From assembly GCA_964621445.1 (NCBI GenBank), contig CAZUNO010000033.1, forward strand, positions 1-21,820: 21,820 nt of DNA, written 5' to 3'. Below, one piece after another: positions 13,704 through 21,820 of this stretch; position 1 is the first letter of the stretch, and the number at the start of each line of letters is the position of its first letter. The translations under genes and the position numbers were made by a program. Under the pieces are notes generated by a model. The model made no database searches. It saw only the letters and a list, made by a program, of their open reading frames with translations, and was not told where the DNA came from. Source of the stretch: Candidatus Hadarchaeota archaeon. GTDB taxonomy: Archaea; CAYQAE01; CAYVLA01.

Positions 13704-15164
13704 TCAGGTCAGAAGCATATAGAGGAGAATTAGGGTCTCGGCGATGATAATCCCTCCAGCGCCCATCACACCGAGTTTGATTCTCCTGCTCAGGGACTTT
13801 GTATTGGCCACATGCACGTTGGGGAAAGCGCCGAAGGGCACCCCCCTCAGGGGCTCGGTGCTGTACAGGAGGTGGTCCTCCTTCTTCGGGAAATAGGCCA
13901 CTGTTCTTCCCTTTTTCAACAGGCGCACCCTGTCCCGGTTCTCATCAATCTCATATCCATCATCGGTATCCTTAACCAGGTGCTGGACCGCATCTGGCTC
14001 AGGTATGCGGGAACCATTTGGGAGTAAACCGGCCAGCATGTCAAGGACGAAGACCGTCCAGAAGGGCACGCAAACCTCATCCCTCCATTTGGTCTTGTCA
14101 GGCTCGCAGGGATACATCTCCGGGGTCCAGATGTCGGTAATTCCCCTGAAGGTCGGGAAGCCGCCGTGGCCCTGCTGGGTCTCGAGCAGGGCGTCTATGC
14201 TATCCTCTATCTCGAAGCCGTAGCCCAGTTTGTTGAGTCTATTGATCTGTCGTAAACCCAGGCCGGAGGCCGATACCATTATTGGATACTTGTGAAGTTC
14301 GTATCCCCCCCTGGTCTCGACGTACCTGTGGGAGAAAAGCTTGGTCTCCGGATCTATCATGCCCATAAGGTGCTCGCCTCCCAGGACCGCTGACTCCAGG
14401 TATCTATCCGTTTTCGTCGCATGGTAGATGTCCAGGAGACCCATCACGTTTAGGGCGGTGTAGATGTAGTAATAGAGGTGGTTGCTGGAACCGTCATTGT
14501 AGCCCCAGCCCCCGCGCAGAGGGCTGGATCCCTGGTTCTGGTCCTCGACCAGCCGGTCCGCGGCAGGTATGGCATATCGCTGCAGGTAGTCCTCGCCCGG
14601 TCTTAGCCGTTCAAGGGAGGAGAGGACCGATATGGTCACCGCAGTTTGGTTATAGGTGTGAACCCTGTTCCCCCTGAAACCGGGCGGGCAGAAGAAGAAA
14701 TCTCCCATGGAGAGGTCCCAGTACCTGGGTATTATGCTTTCCCGGAGACAATCTAGACCCACCTTAGATAGATTCCCCCACTCGGATTTTCCGGCATCAC
14801 GTAGTTCGGTTGCACACTGGAAAAGAGCCAGGCAGGGCCAGGCGTTGTTGACCAGGGTCAGAGGGGTCGTGGAATCCGGGAAAAGGTGTTCCTCCCCGAC
14901 GTAGGAGGAGGTCAGGTATCTCGAACCGATAAAGGCCTTCTGGAGCCATCCCTCATCCCCGGTTTTTCGCCATATCTCCAGATTCGCCAGGATACGAACC
15001 GACTGTTGCCAGGTGGCCGGGCTAAGGAGGATTCCATAGTCCCGGTGGTGGTGGATTATATAGCCGTGTAACCCCCCGGAGCCGTCCGTCCAGGTGTCCA
15101 GGTACGAATCCAGGTTGGAGATATGAAGAGCTGTTTCCCGGTCCATTATCTTGCCCACAACCAT
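13704..15164 (-). CDS. Alpha/alpha-barrel-like protein (six-hairpin glycosidase/prenyltransferase-repeat-like) with a C-terminal TM anchor
   Basis: Helical repeats such as W.KTGDE.WL.KA and Y.ATK.DRYLESA...G.HL; Q...GGWGY and QQGHGGF QW-type repeats; hydrophobic final 23 aa. Confidence 0.6.
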   Translation of the reverse strand: MVVGKIMDRETALHISNLDSYLDTWTDGSGGLHGYIIHHHRDYGILLSPATWQQSVRILANLEIWRKTGDEGWLQKAFIGSRYLTSSYVGEEHLFPDSTTPLTLVNNAWPCLALFQCATELRDAGKSEWGNLSKVGLDCLRESIIPRYWDLSMGDFFFCPPGFRGNRVHTYNQTAVTISVLSSLERLRPGEDYLQRYAIPAADRLVEDQNQGSSPLRGGWGYNDGSSNHLYYYIYTALNVMGLLDIYHATKTDRYLESAVLGGEHLMGMIDPETKLFSHRYVETRGGYELHKYPIMVSASGLGLRQINRLNKLGYGFEIEDSIDALLETQQGHGGFPTFRGITDIWTPEMYPCEPDKTKWRDEVCVPFWTVFVLDMLAGLLPNGSRIPEPDAVQHLVKDTDDGYEIDENRDRVRLLKKGRTVAYFPKKEDHLLYSTEPLRGVPFGAFPNVHVANTKSLSRRIKLGVMGAGGIIIAETLILLYMLLT

Positions 15165-15188
15165 CGAAGTGATATATTCCCGGCCCGA

Positions 15189-15249
15189 ATTAAAAACCTC
15201 TGAGGTCGCATCGTTTCCAATTGACCCCGATTCACATATGTGTTTATGA
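15189..15249. promoter_or_regulatory. Divergent promoter pair: TTTTTAAT (minus, 15189-15196) and TTTATGA (plus, 15243-15249)
   Basis: Each lies 21-24 nt before the respective ATG, compatible with leaderless transcripts. Confidence 0.45.
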
Positions 15250-15270
15250 GGAAGCCCCTAGAAAGTTAAG

Positions 15271-16716
15271 ATGGTTTGGATGGTAGATGTGGTTCTCATA
15301 GCATCCGCCCCCTCCGGTTATAAGAGAACCGGGCCTCCACTGGGCATTGCCTACCTTTCCGCCGTCCTCAGAAAGGCGGGGTACTCGGTCAACCTGGTTG
15401 AACCGAGCCCCCTGGATATGCCCGAGAGGGAGATCATCGAGTCGGCGGTTTCATCAAAACCATTGGTTACCGGCCTCTATTGCTGCACCATGGACAGGTA
15501 TGAGGCCTTTAACTTGGCGGCCAGGATACGTAAGCGGCTCTCCGAAACCCACATAACCATGGGCGGACCGCACGTGACCTTCGTTGACCGGGAGACCTTA
15601 AGGCACGTAGGGTGCCTGGACAGCATCGTCCGGGGCGAGGGGGAGAAAACCATGCTGGAGCTGGTGGAGCGTGTCAAGGACCGCTCTCCCCTCGACGGGG
15701 TCCTGGGAATAACCTACAGAGATGGGTCCGAGGTGCATAGAAACCCTGGAAGACCTCCCATAGAAGATCTAGATTCCCTGCCTCTACCCGATTACGAGCT
15801 GCTCCCTGACCTTGATCTCTACGCCCCCCAGGGGATCGCCGGGAAAAGAAGGTCCTCGGTGGTAATGACCAGCCGGGGATGCCTCTTCAACTGTTCATTC
15901 TGCAGCTCAAAGCCCTTCTGGGGCGGGTCCCGGTTCCGTAGTCCCCAGAGCGTGGGGGACGAGCTCCAATATCTGGTGGAGGAGCAGGGGGTCGAATTCG
16001 TCAAGTTCTACGATGATGTTTTCACCCTGAATAAGGAGAGAACAATCGAGATCTGCGAGCAGATAGTATCCAGGGACCTGGATATCGGGTTCTTCATATT
16101 AACCCGGGTGGATAGGATGGACAGGGAGATAATACAACATCTTAGGGAGGCGGGATGTGAACAGATACAGTACGGACTGGAGTCCGGGAGCCAGGAGGTC
16201 GTCGATGGGGTGGGGAAGGGAATTAAGGTCTCCAGGGCAAGAGAGGTCCTGGCCATGACCTCCGAGGCCGGAATCCAGAGCTATCTTTTCCTGATGTTGG
16301 GACTTAGAGGAGAGACCGAGAAGGACATAGAGGCAACTCTCAACTTCGTTTACCGCAATTCACGTAATATAGGGACCATAGAGGCCTCAATCAACTCGAT
16401 CTATCCCGGATCCCCAGATTATCACTACTGTCTGGATAAGGGACTAATCGACGAGGATATCTGGTTCACTTACAGGAACGACGACCCCCTGCTATACAAG
16501 GACACGCCGCCCTTTCCCTCCCCAATACCGCTGAGGAGGCTAAAGGCCTACCGAAGGTTGATCTACCTGCTGAAGACCGGACTGACGGAGAAGACCACCA
16601 TCAGAACCCTAAGCGCTGCCCTGGGTTACGTGAAGAACCATTTCCTGCATCCCGATGACATGGCCCTGCTGGGCCCGAAACTTCGACGGGCCCTTTCCCT
16701 CAAATATGAGAGATGA
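15271..16716 (+). CDS. Cobalamin-binding radical SAM protein (class B methyltransferase-like)
   Basis: PPLGIAYLSA, GGPHVT and VRGEGE in the B12-binding domain; TSRGCLFNCSFC (CxxxCxxC), FYDDVF and GLESGS. Confidence 0.92.
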   Translation: MVWMVDVVLIASAPSGYKRTGPPLGIAYLSAVLRKAGYSVNLVEPSPLDMPEREIIESAVSSKPLVTGLYCCTMDRYEAFNLAARIRKRLSETHITMGGPHVTFVDRETLRHVGCLDSIVRGEGEKTMLELVERVKDRSPLDGVLGITYRDGSEVHRNPGRPPIEDLDSLPLPDYELLPDLDLYAPQGIAGKRRSSVVMTSRGCLFNCSFCSSKPFWGGSRFRSPQSVGDELQYLVEEQGVEFVKFYDDVFTLNKERTIEICEQIVSRDLDIGFFILTRVDRMDREIIQHLREAGCEQIQYGLESGSQEVVDGVGKGIKVSRAREVLAMTSEAGIQSYLFLMLGLRGETEKDIEATLNFVYRNSRNIGTIEASINSIYPGSPDYHYCLDKGLIDEDIWFTYRNDDPLLYKDTPPFPSPIPLRRLKAYRRLIYLLKTGLTEKTTIRTLSAALGYVKNHFLHPDDMALLGPKLRRALSLKYER

Positions 16717-16728
16717 CCGAATCGAGGT

Positions 16729-17793
16729 CTAAAGGTAGCAGTCCATATTCCTCTTCTCGAGTTCCTCCACTATCCTCTTTACCTCCTGGGCTCTGTCCCT
16801 GCGAGCAACCAGGACGGCGTCACCGGTAGCGGCGATTATCAGGTTCTGGACTCCCAAGGTACTAACCAGAGGGCCTTCGGAGAAAATAATGCAGTTCTTA
16901 GAGGACTCGACCAATTTATCCCCCCCGCCCCGCACGAAATTTCCATTTACATCAGGCTCCCCTATCCTGGAGAGAGAATTCCAGGACCCCAGATCCTCCC
17001 AAGCGAACTCCCCCCTGACGGCCACCAACCTATCCGTCTTCTCCAACAGGCCATAATCGATGGAAACGGGATCGATCCGTTCGTAGGCCCTTCTGATAGC
17101 CTCCTCACCCCTCCTGGTCCCCAGATGGCTCCTCGCATCTCCCATCTCCCGGGATAGGTCGGGCATCTTTTTTGCCATCTCATCCAGGAATACGTCACAC
17201 CTGAAGGTCAGGATTCCGGTGTTCCAAAGATAAATCCCCGAGTCCAGGAAACGTTTTGCATCATCCAAGGAGGGTTTCTCCTCGAATCCCGGACAACGGA
17301 AGCACCCGTCACCTATACGGTCCCCCAGCCTTATGTATCCATAACCGGTGCTGGGCCTGGTGGGAGCTACCCCTAAGACCACTATATCCCCATCCTCGGC
17401 CCTTTCTACCGCCCTTCCTATGCTGGCGGAGAACAGGTCCGGGGAACCGATCTGGTGGTCCGAGTTTAAGGAAACCACAACCGCCTCCGGGTCTGCTTTG
17501 TAAATAAGGTTACTGGCCAGGGCCAGAGCGGGAGCGGTGTCCCTTCGAAAGGGCTCCAGGATGATATTCTCCTCCCTTATCCCCAGCGAGTGAACATCCA
17601 TTACCTCTCCCAGTTTCTCGGTTGTGCAGAGATGAATCCCGTCCTCGCTGGTCAGGGATCTTGCCCTTTCTATGGCCTCCTCCAAGGGGCTCGCCCCCGA
17701 ACCCAGAGCCAGAAGCTGCTTGGGTCTTTCCTTCCTGCTAAGGGGCCAGAACCGTTTTCCCCTGCCCCCTGCCAGTATCAGTACATGAAGCAT
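16729..17793 (-). CDS. manC: Mannose-1-phosphate guanylyltransferase (no C-terminal cupin isomerase domain)
   Basis: ILAGGRGKRFWPLSR..RPKQ, EP..RDTAPA, SDH, TGYGYI, FEEKP, WNTG, SIDYGLLEK and W.DLGSW motifs. Confidence 0.9.
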   Translation of the reverse strand: MLHVLILAGGRGKRFWPLSRKERPKQLLALGSGASPLEEAIERARSLTSEDGIHLCTTEKLGEVMDVHSLGIREENIILEPFRRDTAPALALASNLIYKADPEAVVVSLNSDHQIGSPDLFSASIGRAVERAEDGDIVVLGVAPTRPSTGYGYIRLGDRIGDGCFRCPGFEEKPSLDDAKRFLDSGIYLWNTGILTFRCDVFLDEMAKKMPDLSREMGDARSHLGTRRGEEAIRRAYERIDPVSIDYGLLEKTDRLVAVRGEFAWEDLGSWNSLSRIGEPDVNGNFVRGGGDKLVESSKNCIIFSEGPLVSTLGVQNLIIAATGDAVLVARRDRAQEVKRIVEELEKRNMDCYL

Positions 17794-17959
17794 TACTCTC
17801 TCCCTCTCGTAGTTCTGGGCATTGACATGGCTTTATTTCCATATAATGAATTGCATTTTTGTGGGGGAAGCACCACCTCCAGTCCGCAACTTTCCAAGGC
17901 GTTGGTTCGAAAGACGTAATAGTGGAGTTCAAGGCCTATGATATAGGTCGTCTTGACCG

Positions 17960-18994
17960 GTGGGAAGTTCGGACTTGATCGAGACTAGGACCGAGATGGA
18001 TGAAAAGGAGTGGGAAAGGGCGTCAACCCTGAGAGGGGGCGCTCATGAACAGAGCTATGCATTTGGAGAGGTCGGTAAAAAGGTCAAGGGATCGGATCCG
18101 GTTAGGGTCCTGGTGGTCCGGGACGAAGAACCCATCGCCTGTATCCAGGGGATCGGTAAGACCAGGATACCGGGGTCAATGGTCAAGGTCGGGGGGGTGA
18201 GCGGTGGTCCCGTGATCTCCTCCGATTTTCAGGGCGACCGGGAGGCCCTGTCCCATCTCCTCCTAAGTTTCGAATCGACATTCAAGAAACGACTGGGCGG
18301 GCGGATAGTCCTTTACTGTCCCCTGGAATCCCCCCTGGAAAGGCTTTCCCGGGAGAAGGGTTACCGAAAGGACAGGGGTCTCGAGGTGTATAAGGTGGAC
18401 CTGAAGGGGGGGCCCGAGGAACTGTGGGACCGGATGAAGCACAATAAGAGGAGGAAGATTAGGCAGGCCAGGGAACATGGAGTGACCATCCGGAAGACGG
18501 GGCCCTCCGAGCTCGATCTTGCCCTGGATATGTTCGAAACTGCGGCCGAAAGAGGTGGTTTTTCACCCATTTCCAGGAAATGGCTAGCCGCATATCTGGA
18601 TATCTATGGACGGAGAGGCATGGCCAGCCTTTACTTCGCCGATGTGGACGAGGAGCCGGTGTCCTGCGCCCTGGTGGTCAGGCACGGGGAGACCGCATAC
18701 TGCCCCGCAGCCGGGTCCTACGAGAAGGGGTGGCACGCCAGACCAAATGACTTCATACACTGGAAGATAATGGAACGCGAATACCGGAACGGGATCAGGG
18801 AATACAACATGGGGGGAGTGGACACCAATCCGGATTCCTCGGCCTATGGGGTTTATAGATGGAAAAGGGAGTATGGGGGAAGTATAGACCAGTACTCCGT
18901 GTTTTCGAAGCAGGTAATGCCTGGCCTGGCCGGAATCCGGAAAAGGGTTAGGTCCCTAGCAGGACGAGGAATGGGAACGAGGAGCGGACAATAG
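17960..18994 (+). CDS. FemAB-like / GNAT-fold acyl- or aminoacyl-transferase, copy 1
   Basis: VDL....EELW..M....RRKIR.A...GV, PNDFIHWKIM, YNMGG and GVYRWKREYGG patterns. Start is GTG 17960 or ATG 17996. Confidence 0.8.
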   Translation: MGSSDLIETRTEMDEKEWERASTLRGGAHEQSYAFGEVGKKVKGSDPVRVLVVRDEEPIACIQGIGKTRIPGSMVKVGGVSGGPVISSDFQGDREALSHLLLSFESTFKKRLGGRIVLYCPLESPLERLSREKGYRKDRGLEVYKVDLKGGPEELWDRMKHNKRRKIRQAREHGVTIRKTGPSELDLALDMFETAAERGGFSPISRKWLAAYLDIYGRRGMASLYFADVDEEPVSCALVVRHGETAYCPAAGSYEKGWHARPNDFIHWKIMEREYRNGIREYNMGGVDTNPDSSAYGVYRWKREYGGSIDQYSVFSKQVMPGLAGIRKRVRSLAGRGMGTRSGQ

Positions 18995-18995
18995 A

Positions 18996-20015
18996 ATGGA
19001 GGGGACCCGTTCTCACGAATATGATCTGACCTCTAAGGGGAACCGGGAGCCATGGGACCGGGTGGTGGACCGTTGCCCCTGGGGCAAGTTCTTCCACAAG
19101 TCGGCATGGATTGATTTCCTGGAAAGATACGGGAAGGTTAGCGGGGATTTCCAACCCTGTCACATAATCTATACCCAGGAGGGCGAAATGACCGGGGCCC
19201 TGCCCCTATTCGTTACCCCTGAACAAAGAGGGTTGAGCCTGCCTCTGGGCGATTATGGGGGCCCGGTAATCGCACCCGAGAAGGGAAAGCGGACCGTCTT
19301 GCGGGAGCTGTTGGATGAAATACCTGATCTGGCATCCATTAGGTTGAAGGCGATCCCCAGGGCCATTCAGGGCTCATTGGACGGCCATGGGTTTTCAGTT
19401 AGGCCCTATTCATCCACCTTCAGGCTGGATCTGGAGGGGAGGGATGAGGGTGGTTTGTTCCAGGCCCTTAGACGCGATGGCAGGAGGGGGATCAACAAGG
19501 CCAAGGATAAGCTCTTGGTAGCAGAGGCCCGACCGTCAAAGGGAGATGCGGAGGGATACATGTCGCTTCACCAGGATACCAGCGAGCGTCTGTCGACACC
19601 GGAAAGGTCGTACAGGTTCTTCAAGCTCCTCTGGGAGAGACTACTGGAGCCAGGTTTTGCCCGGGCAACCTTTGCCTGTCTTGAAGGTGAGAGGGTTGCC
19701 GGGGTGATCGTGCTGTATGACAGGGACCATCCCTCGACCCTTCATATATACTCCAACGTTTCCCGGGAAAAGGGACGGGACCTCCATGCCAACGACCTGC
19801 TGTACTGGGAAATCATTGAATGGGCTCTTGACAATGGATTCAAGGAGATAGATATGGGCCTGTCCCCGTTGGACCCCCAGCACGGGCTTTGTGTGTATAA
19901 GAGAAAGTGGGGGACGGAGCGATCCATTCTCCATTTGGCCGAGAAGGGCAAGCTAGCTGATTGGCTGGAATCCCACCTCAGGAGCCTGGCCAGCATGGTC
20001 AGGGGTGGGCTTTAG
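18996..20015 (+). CDS. FemAB-like / GNAT-fold acyl- or aminoacyl-transferase, copy 2
   Basis: FFH..AW, GALPL, SLPLGDYGGP, RRGINKA, ANDLLYWEII.WA, DMGLS and GL..YKRKWG; starts 1 nt after the stop of copy 1. Confidence 0.85.
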   Translation: MEGTRSHEYDLTSKGNREPWDRVVDRCPWGKFFHKSAWIDFLERYGKVSGDFQPCHIIYTQEGEMTGALPLFVTPEQRGLSLPLGDYGGPVIAPEKGKRTVLRELLDEIPDLASIRLKAIPRAIQGSLDGHGFSVRPYSSTFRLDLEGRDEGGLFQALRRDGRRGINKAKDKLLVAEARPSKGDAEGYMSLHQDTSERLSTPERSYRFFKLLWERLLEPGFARATFACLEGERVAGVIVLYDRDHPSTLHIYSNVSREKGRDLHANDLLYWEIIEWALDNGFKEIDMGLSPLDPQHGLCVYKRKWGTERSILHLAEKGKLADWLESHLRSLASMVRGGL

Positions 20016-20028
20016 GGGAGGTGATCTC

Positions 20029-21147
20029 ATGCCGTATTACGTGGCCAGGGTTTTGCCGGATTTCATGCCCATACGTGATGCGTATGGATATTATGTGGGA
20101 TTTAATCGCTTGTCGGAAGCCCAGGTTGCTCTCGGGGACAGGGTTGATATCCACTGCCCGGCCGGAGGGGAGGCTGAATTGGATCCCTGCCCCCAGCAGA
20201 TAGACGGGCTGCCATGTTTCTTTCATGCCGCTCCCAAGGGAAGGTACTTCACATTCCCGGCCAAGATCGCCCGTAGACTCAAGGATTCGGATATCGATCT
20301 GATACATGCCCATACCCGGATAGGCCTCCCGGTGAAGGCCTTCGGCTTCGACGGGAAGCTCGTGGTTCACCTCCATGGACTTCCGTACTACGCCACTGAA
20401 CCCGACCTTGGTTACACGAGGTATGATATCTACGCCTATCTCTACATGAGGGCATATCTGAGAAAGGCGGACATGGTGATATGCTACTGCAGGAGTTTGG
20501 CCCATAGAGTTGTCGAGCTGTTCGATATTGAACCCGAAAAAGTAAGGGTGGTGTACAACGGCATCGATGCCTCCCTCTGCGAGAGGCCCTTGCCCTGCCT
20601 GGAAAGTAGAGGCGGAATGGGGGATCGGTCAGTGGTGCTGTTTGTGGGACGGGCCGAGCCCATCAAAGGAACCTTTGAATTCCTAGAAAGCCTCACCATG
20701 CTTGGAGAATGGAAAGACGACATCAGGGTCGTATTCGTGGGCTCTGGATGGGCCGAAACTCTTAGGGATGTCGATCTACCCATGGAGACCACCGTCCTTC
20801 CACATGTGAGTCACCGCCAGATTAACAGGTTATATGAAAATGCCGATGTACACGTGGCGGTTACCAAGGCATTCGGATACCAGAAGACCACCATGGAGGC
20901 CATCTCATGTGGAACCAGCGTGGTGGCGACCGATAACCAGGATAACCGCGCCATATGCGGCGATTCCGGTTTCTACGTGGATCCCTTCCAGCCCCAGGAC
21001 ATAGCTGAGGGAGTGCGTAGGGCCCTATCCAGCCCTCCCACATGGCGACAGATGAGGAAGGATGCCCAAAGGGTCCGCCGCTCCTTCACCTGGAAAAGGG
21101 CTGCCCAGGAATGCCATGTAATCTACCACCAGCTTTGCGATATCTAG
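20029..21147 (+). CDS. GT4 (GT-B) glycosyltransferase with an atypical EX7E region
   Basis: DLIHAH, VVHLHG, VVYNGID, LFVGR....KG and MEAISCG.SVVAT. ATG 20029 follows GGAGGTGAT (20017-20025) and is preferred to GTG 20005. Confidence 0.85.
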   Translation: MPYYVARVLPDFMPIRDAYGYYVGFNRLSEAQVALGDRVDIHCPAGGEAELDPCPQQIDGLPCFFHAAPKGRYFTFPAKIARRLKDSDIDLIHAHTRIGLPVKAFGFDGKLVVHLHGLPYYATEPDLGYTRYDIYAYLYMRAYLRKADMVICYCRSLAHRVVELFDIEPEKVRVVYNGIDASLCERPLPCLESRGGMGDRSVVLFVGRAEPIKGTFEFLESLTMLGEWKDDIRVVFVGSGWAETLRDVDLPMETTVLPHVSHRQINRLYENADVHVAVTKAFGYQKTTMEAISCGTSVVATDNQDNRAICGDSGFYVDPFQPQDIAEGVRRALSSPPTWRQMRKDAQRVRRSFTWKRAAQECHVIYHQLCDI

Positions 21148-21182
21148 GGTCTAATGGAAGCGGGCTGGCTCCTACTGAGGAA

Positions 21183-21820
21183 TTATTCTTCCAGAAGAGA
21201 CTGGAAAACCCCCGTGTACCTTTCCGAAACATACTGCCAGGAGAAATTATCCTCAACTACACGCCTTGCAAGCCTTCCCATTCTCATGGCCTCGTAGGGA
21301 CACTCGATGATCCTTTCCATGCATGATACCATGCCGCTGAGGCTATTTCCACGGTAAAGAAGACCGTTGACCCCGTGCCTAATGACGCTTGGTATGCCAC
21401 CAACTCTAGGGGCGATGGACGGCCTACCGGTTGCCCCGGCCTCCAGAAGAACCTTGCCTAAACCCTCGATCTTGCTGCCCAGAACCACCATCAGGGACCG
21501 TTTGAATACCTGGGGCATCTGAAAATGATTTACGGGATCGACCAATTCTATCCTGTCCTCCAATCTAAGGCCACGGATCATCCTCATCACCTCACCGTAA
21601 TCGGAATCCCCGGGTGATCCCCCCGCCAGAATGAGTCGGGCCTCCGGGTTATCGAGTACAACCTCCGAGAAGGCTCGAACGATCAGCCCCACCCTCTTGA
21701 CACCCCTGAAGGACCCCGCGTAAAGAATACCGGTTTTCTCCGGCAACGGCGTTTCCTGAAAAAGATCGACATCAACCCCGGAGGGGATCATGCGGATCGA
21801 ATCTCTTCGGATTCCATCCT
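21183..21820 (-). CDS. GT4 glycosyltransferase, 3' part (start lies beyond the window)
   Basis: The frame stays open upstream of ATG 21791 to the window edge (DGIRRDSIR-MIPSGVD). YAGS....K, EGLGKVLLEA (EX7E) and GGIP.VI..G.NG motifs. Confidence 0.9.
   Translation of the reverse strand, partial: DGIRRDSIRMIPSGVDVDLFQETPLPEKTGILYAGSFRGVKRVGLIVRAFSEVVLDNPEARLILAGGSPGDSDYGEVMRMIRGLRLEDRIELVDPVNHFQMPQVFKRSLMVVLGSKIEGLGKVLLEAGATGRPSIAPRVGGIPSVIRHGVNGLLYRGNSLSGMVSCMERIIECPYEAMRMGRLARRVVEDNFSWQYVSERYTGVFQSLLEE

Noticed and set aside
17911-17954. Nested inverted repeats AAGACG/CGTCTT and CCTAT/ATAGG in the manC-Fem divergent spacer
   Set aside because: Arms of 5-6 nt are expected by chance; no match to an RNA family I recognise.
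20005-20028. GTG start for the GT4 given in the ORF track
   Set aside because: A strong GGAGGTGAT RBS lies inside this stretch, immediately before ATG 20029.
4174-21326. Numerous 60-170 aa alternative-frame ORFs inside the glycan genes (e.g. 4226-4648, 6089-6586, 6373-6828, 19999-20505)
   Set aside because: They overlap well-supported genes, have Arg/Pro/Ser/Gly-rich shadow-frame composition and are expected at this GC content.
21183-21791. Truncated or pseudogenised 202-aa glycosyltransferase
   Set aside because: The frame is open to the window edge, so the gene is only cut by the window.

Overview
Archaeal-type genomic DNA, judged from TATA/BRE-like promoters, GGAGGTGA ribosome-binding sites, TTG/GTG/CTG starts, an AglH-type dolichyl-phosphate GlcNAc-1-P transferase and DUF354 genes. 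The lineage cannot be fixed from this window. It has two parts. (1) 1-3.8 kb: a cluster of uncharacterised, mutually related genes. Four paralogs (282-1085, 1842-2252, 2323-2976, 2980-3810) share a short coiled coil followed by a compact winged-helix-like domain with a near-invariant RH[IV]LSIL helix. Three of them add N- and C-terminal modules, and a fifth small gene (1346-1555) encodes only the shared coiled coil. Each gene appears to have its own promoter, and the spacers share repeated motifs. This is the best candidate for an undescribed system, inferred to be a combinatorial, coiled-coil-assembled DNA-binding/regulatory family. (2) 4.2-21.8 kb: a surface-glycan/N-glycosylation locus with two GHMP sugar kinases, galU, an NDP-sugar epimerase, two DUF354 GT-B-like genes, aglH, a membrane-anchored deacetylase-like protein, a tail-anchored alpha/alpha-barrel protein, a B12-binding radical SAM enzyme, a mannose-1-P guanylyltransferase, two FemAB/GNAT proteins and two GT4 glycosyltransferases. 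No rRNA, tRNA, CRISPR array or mobile element was recognised. All family assignments come from motif reading by eye, not database searches.
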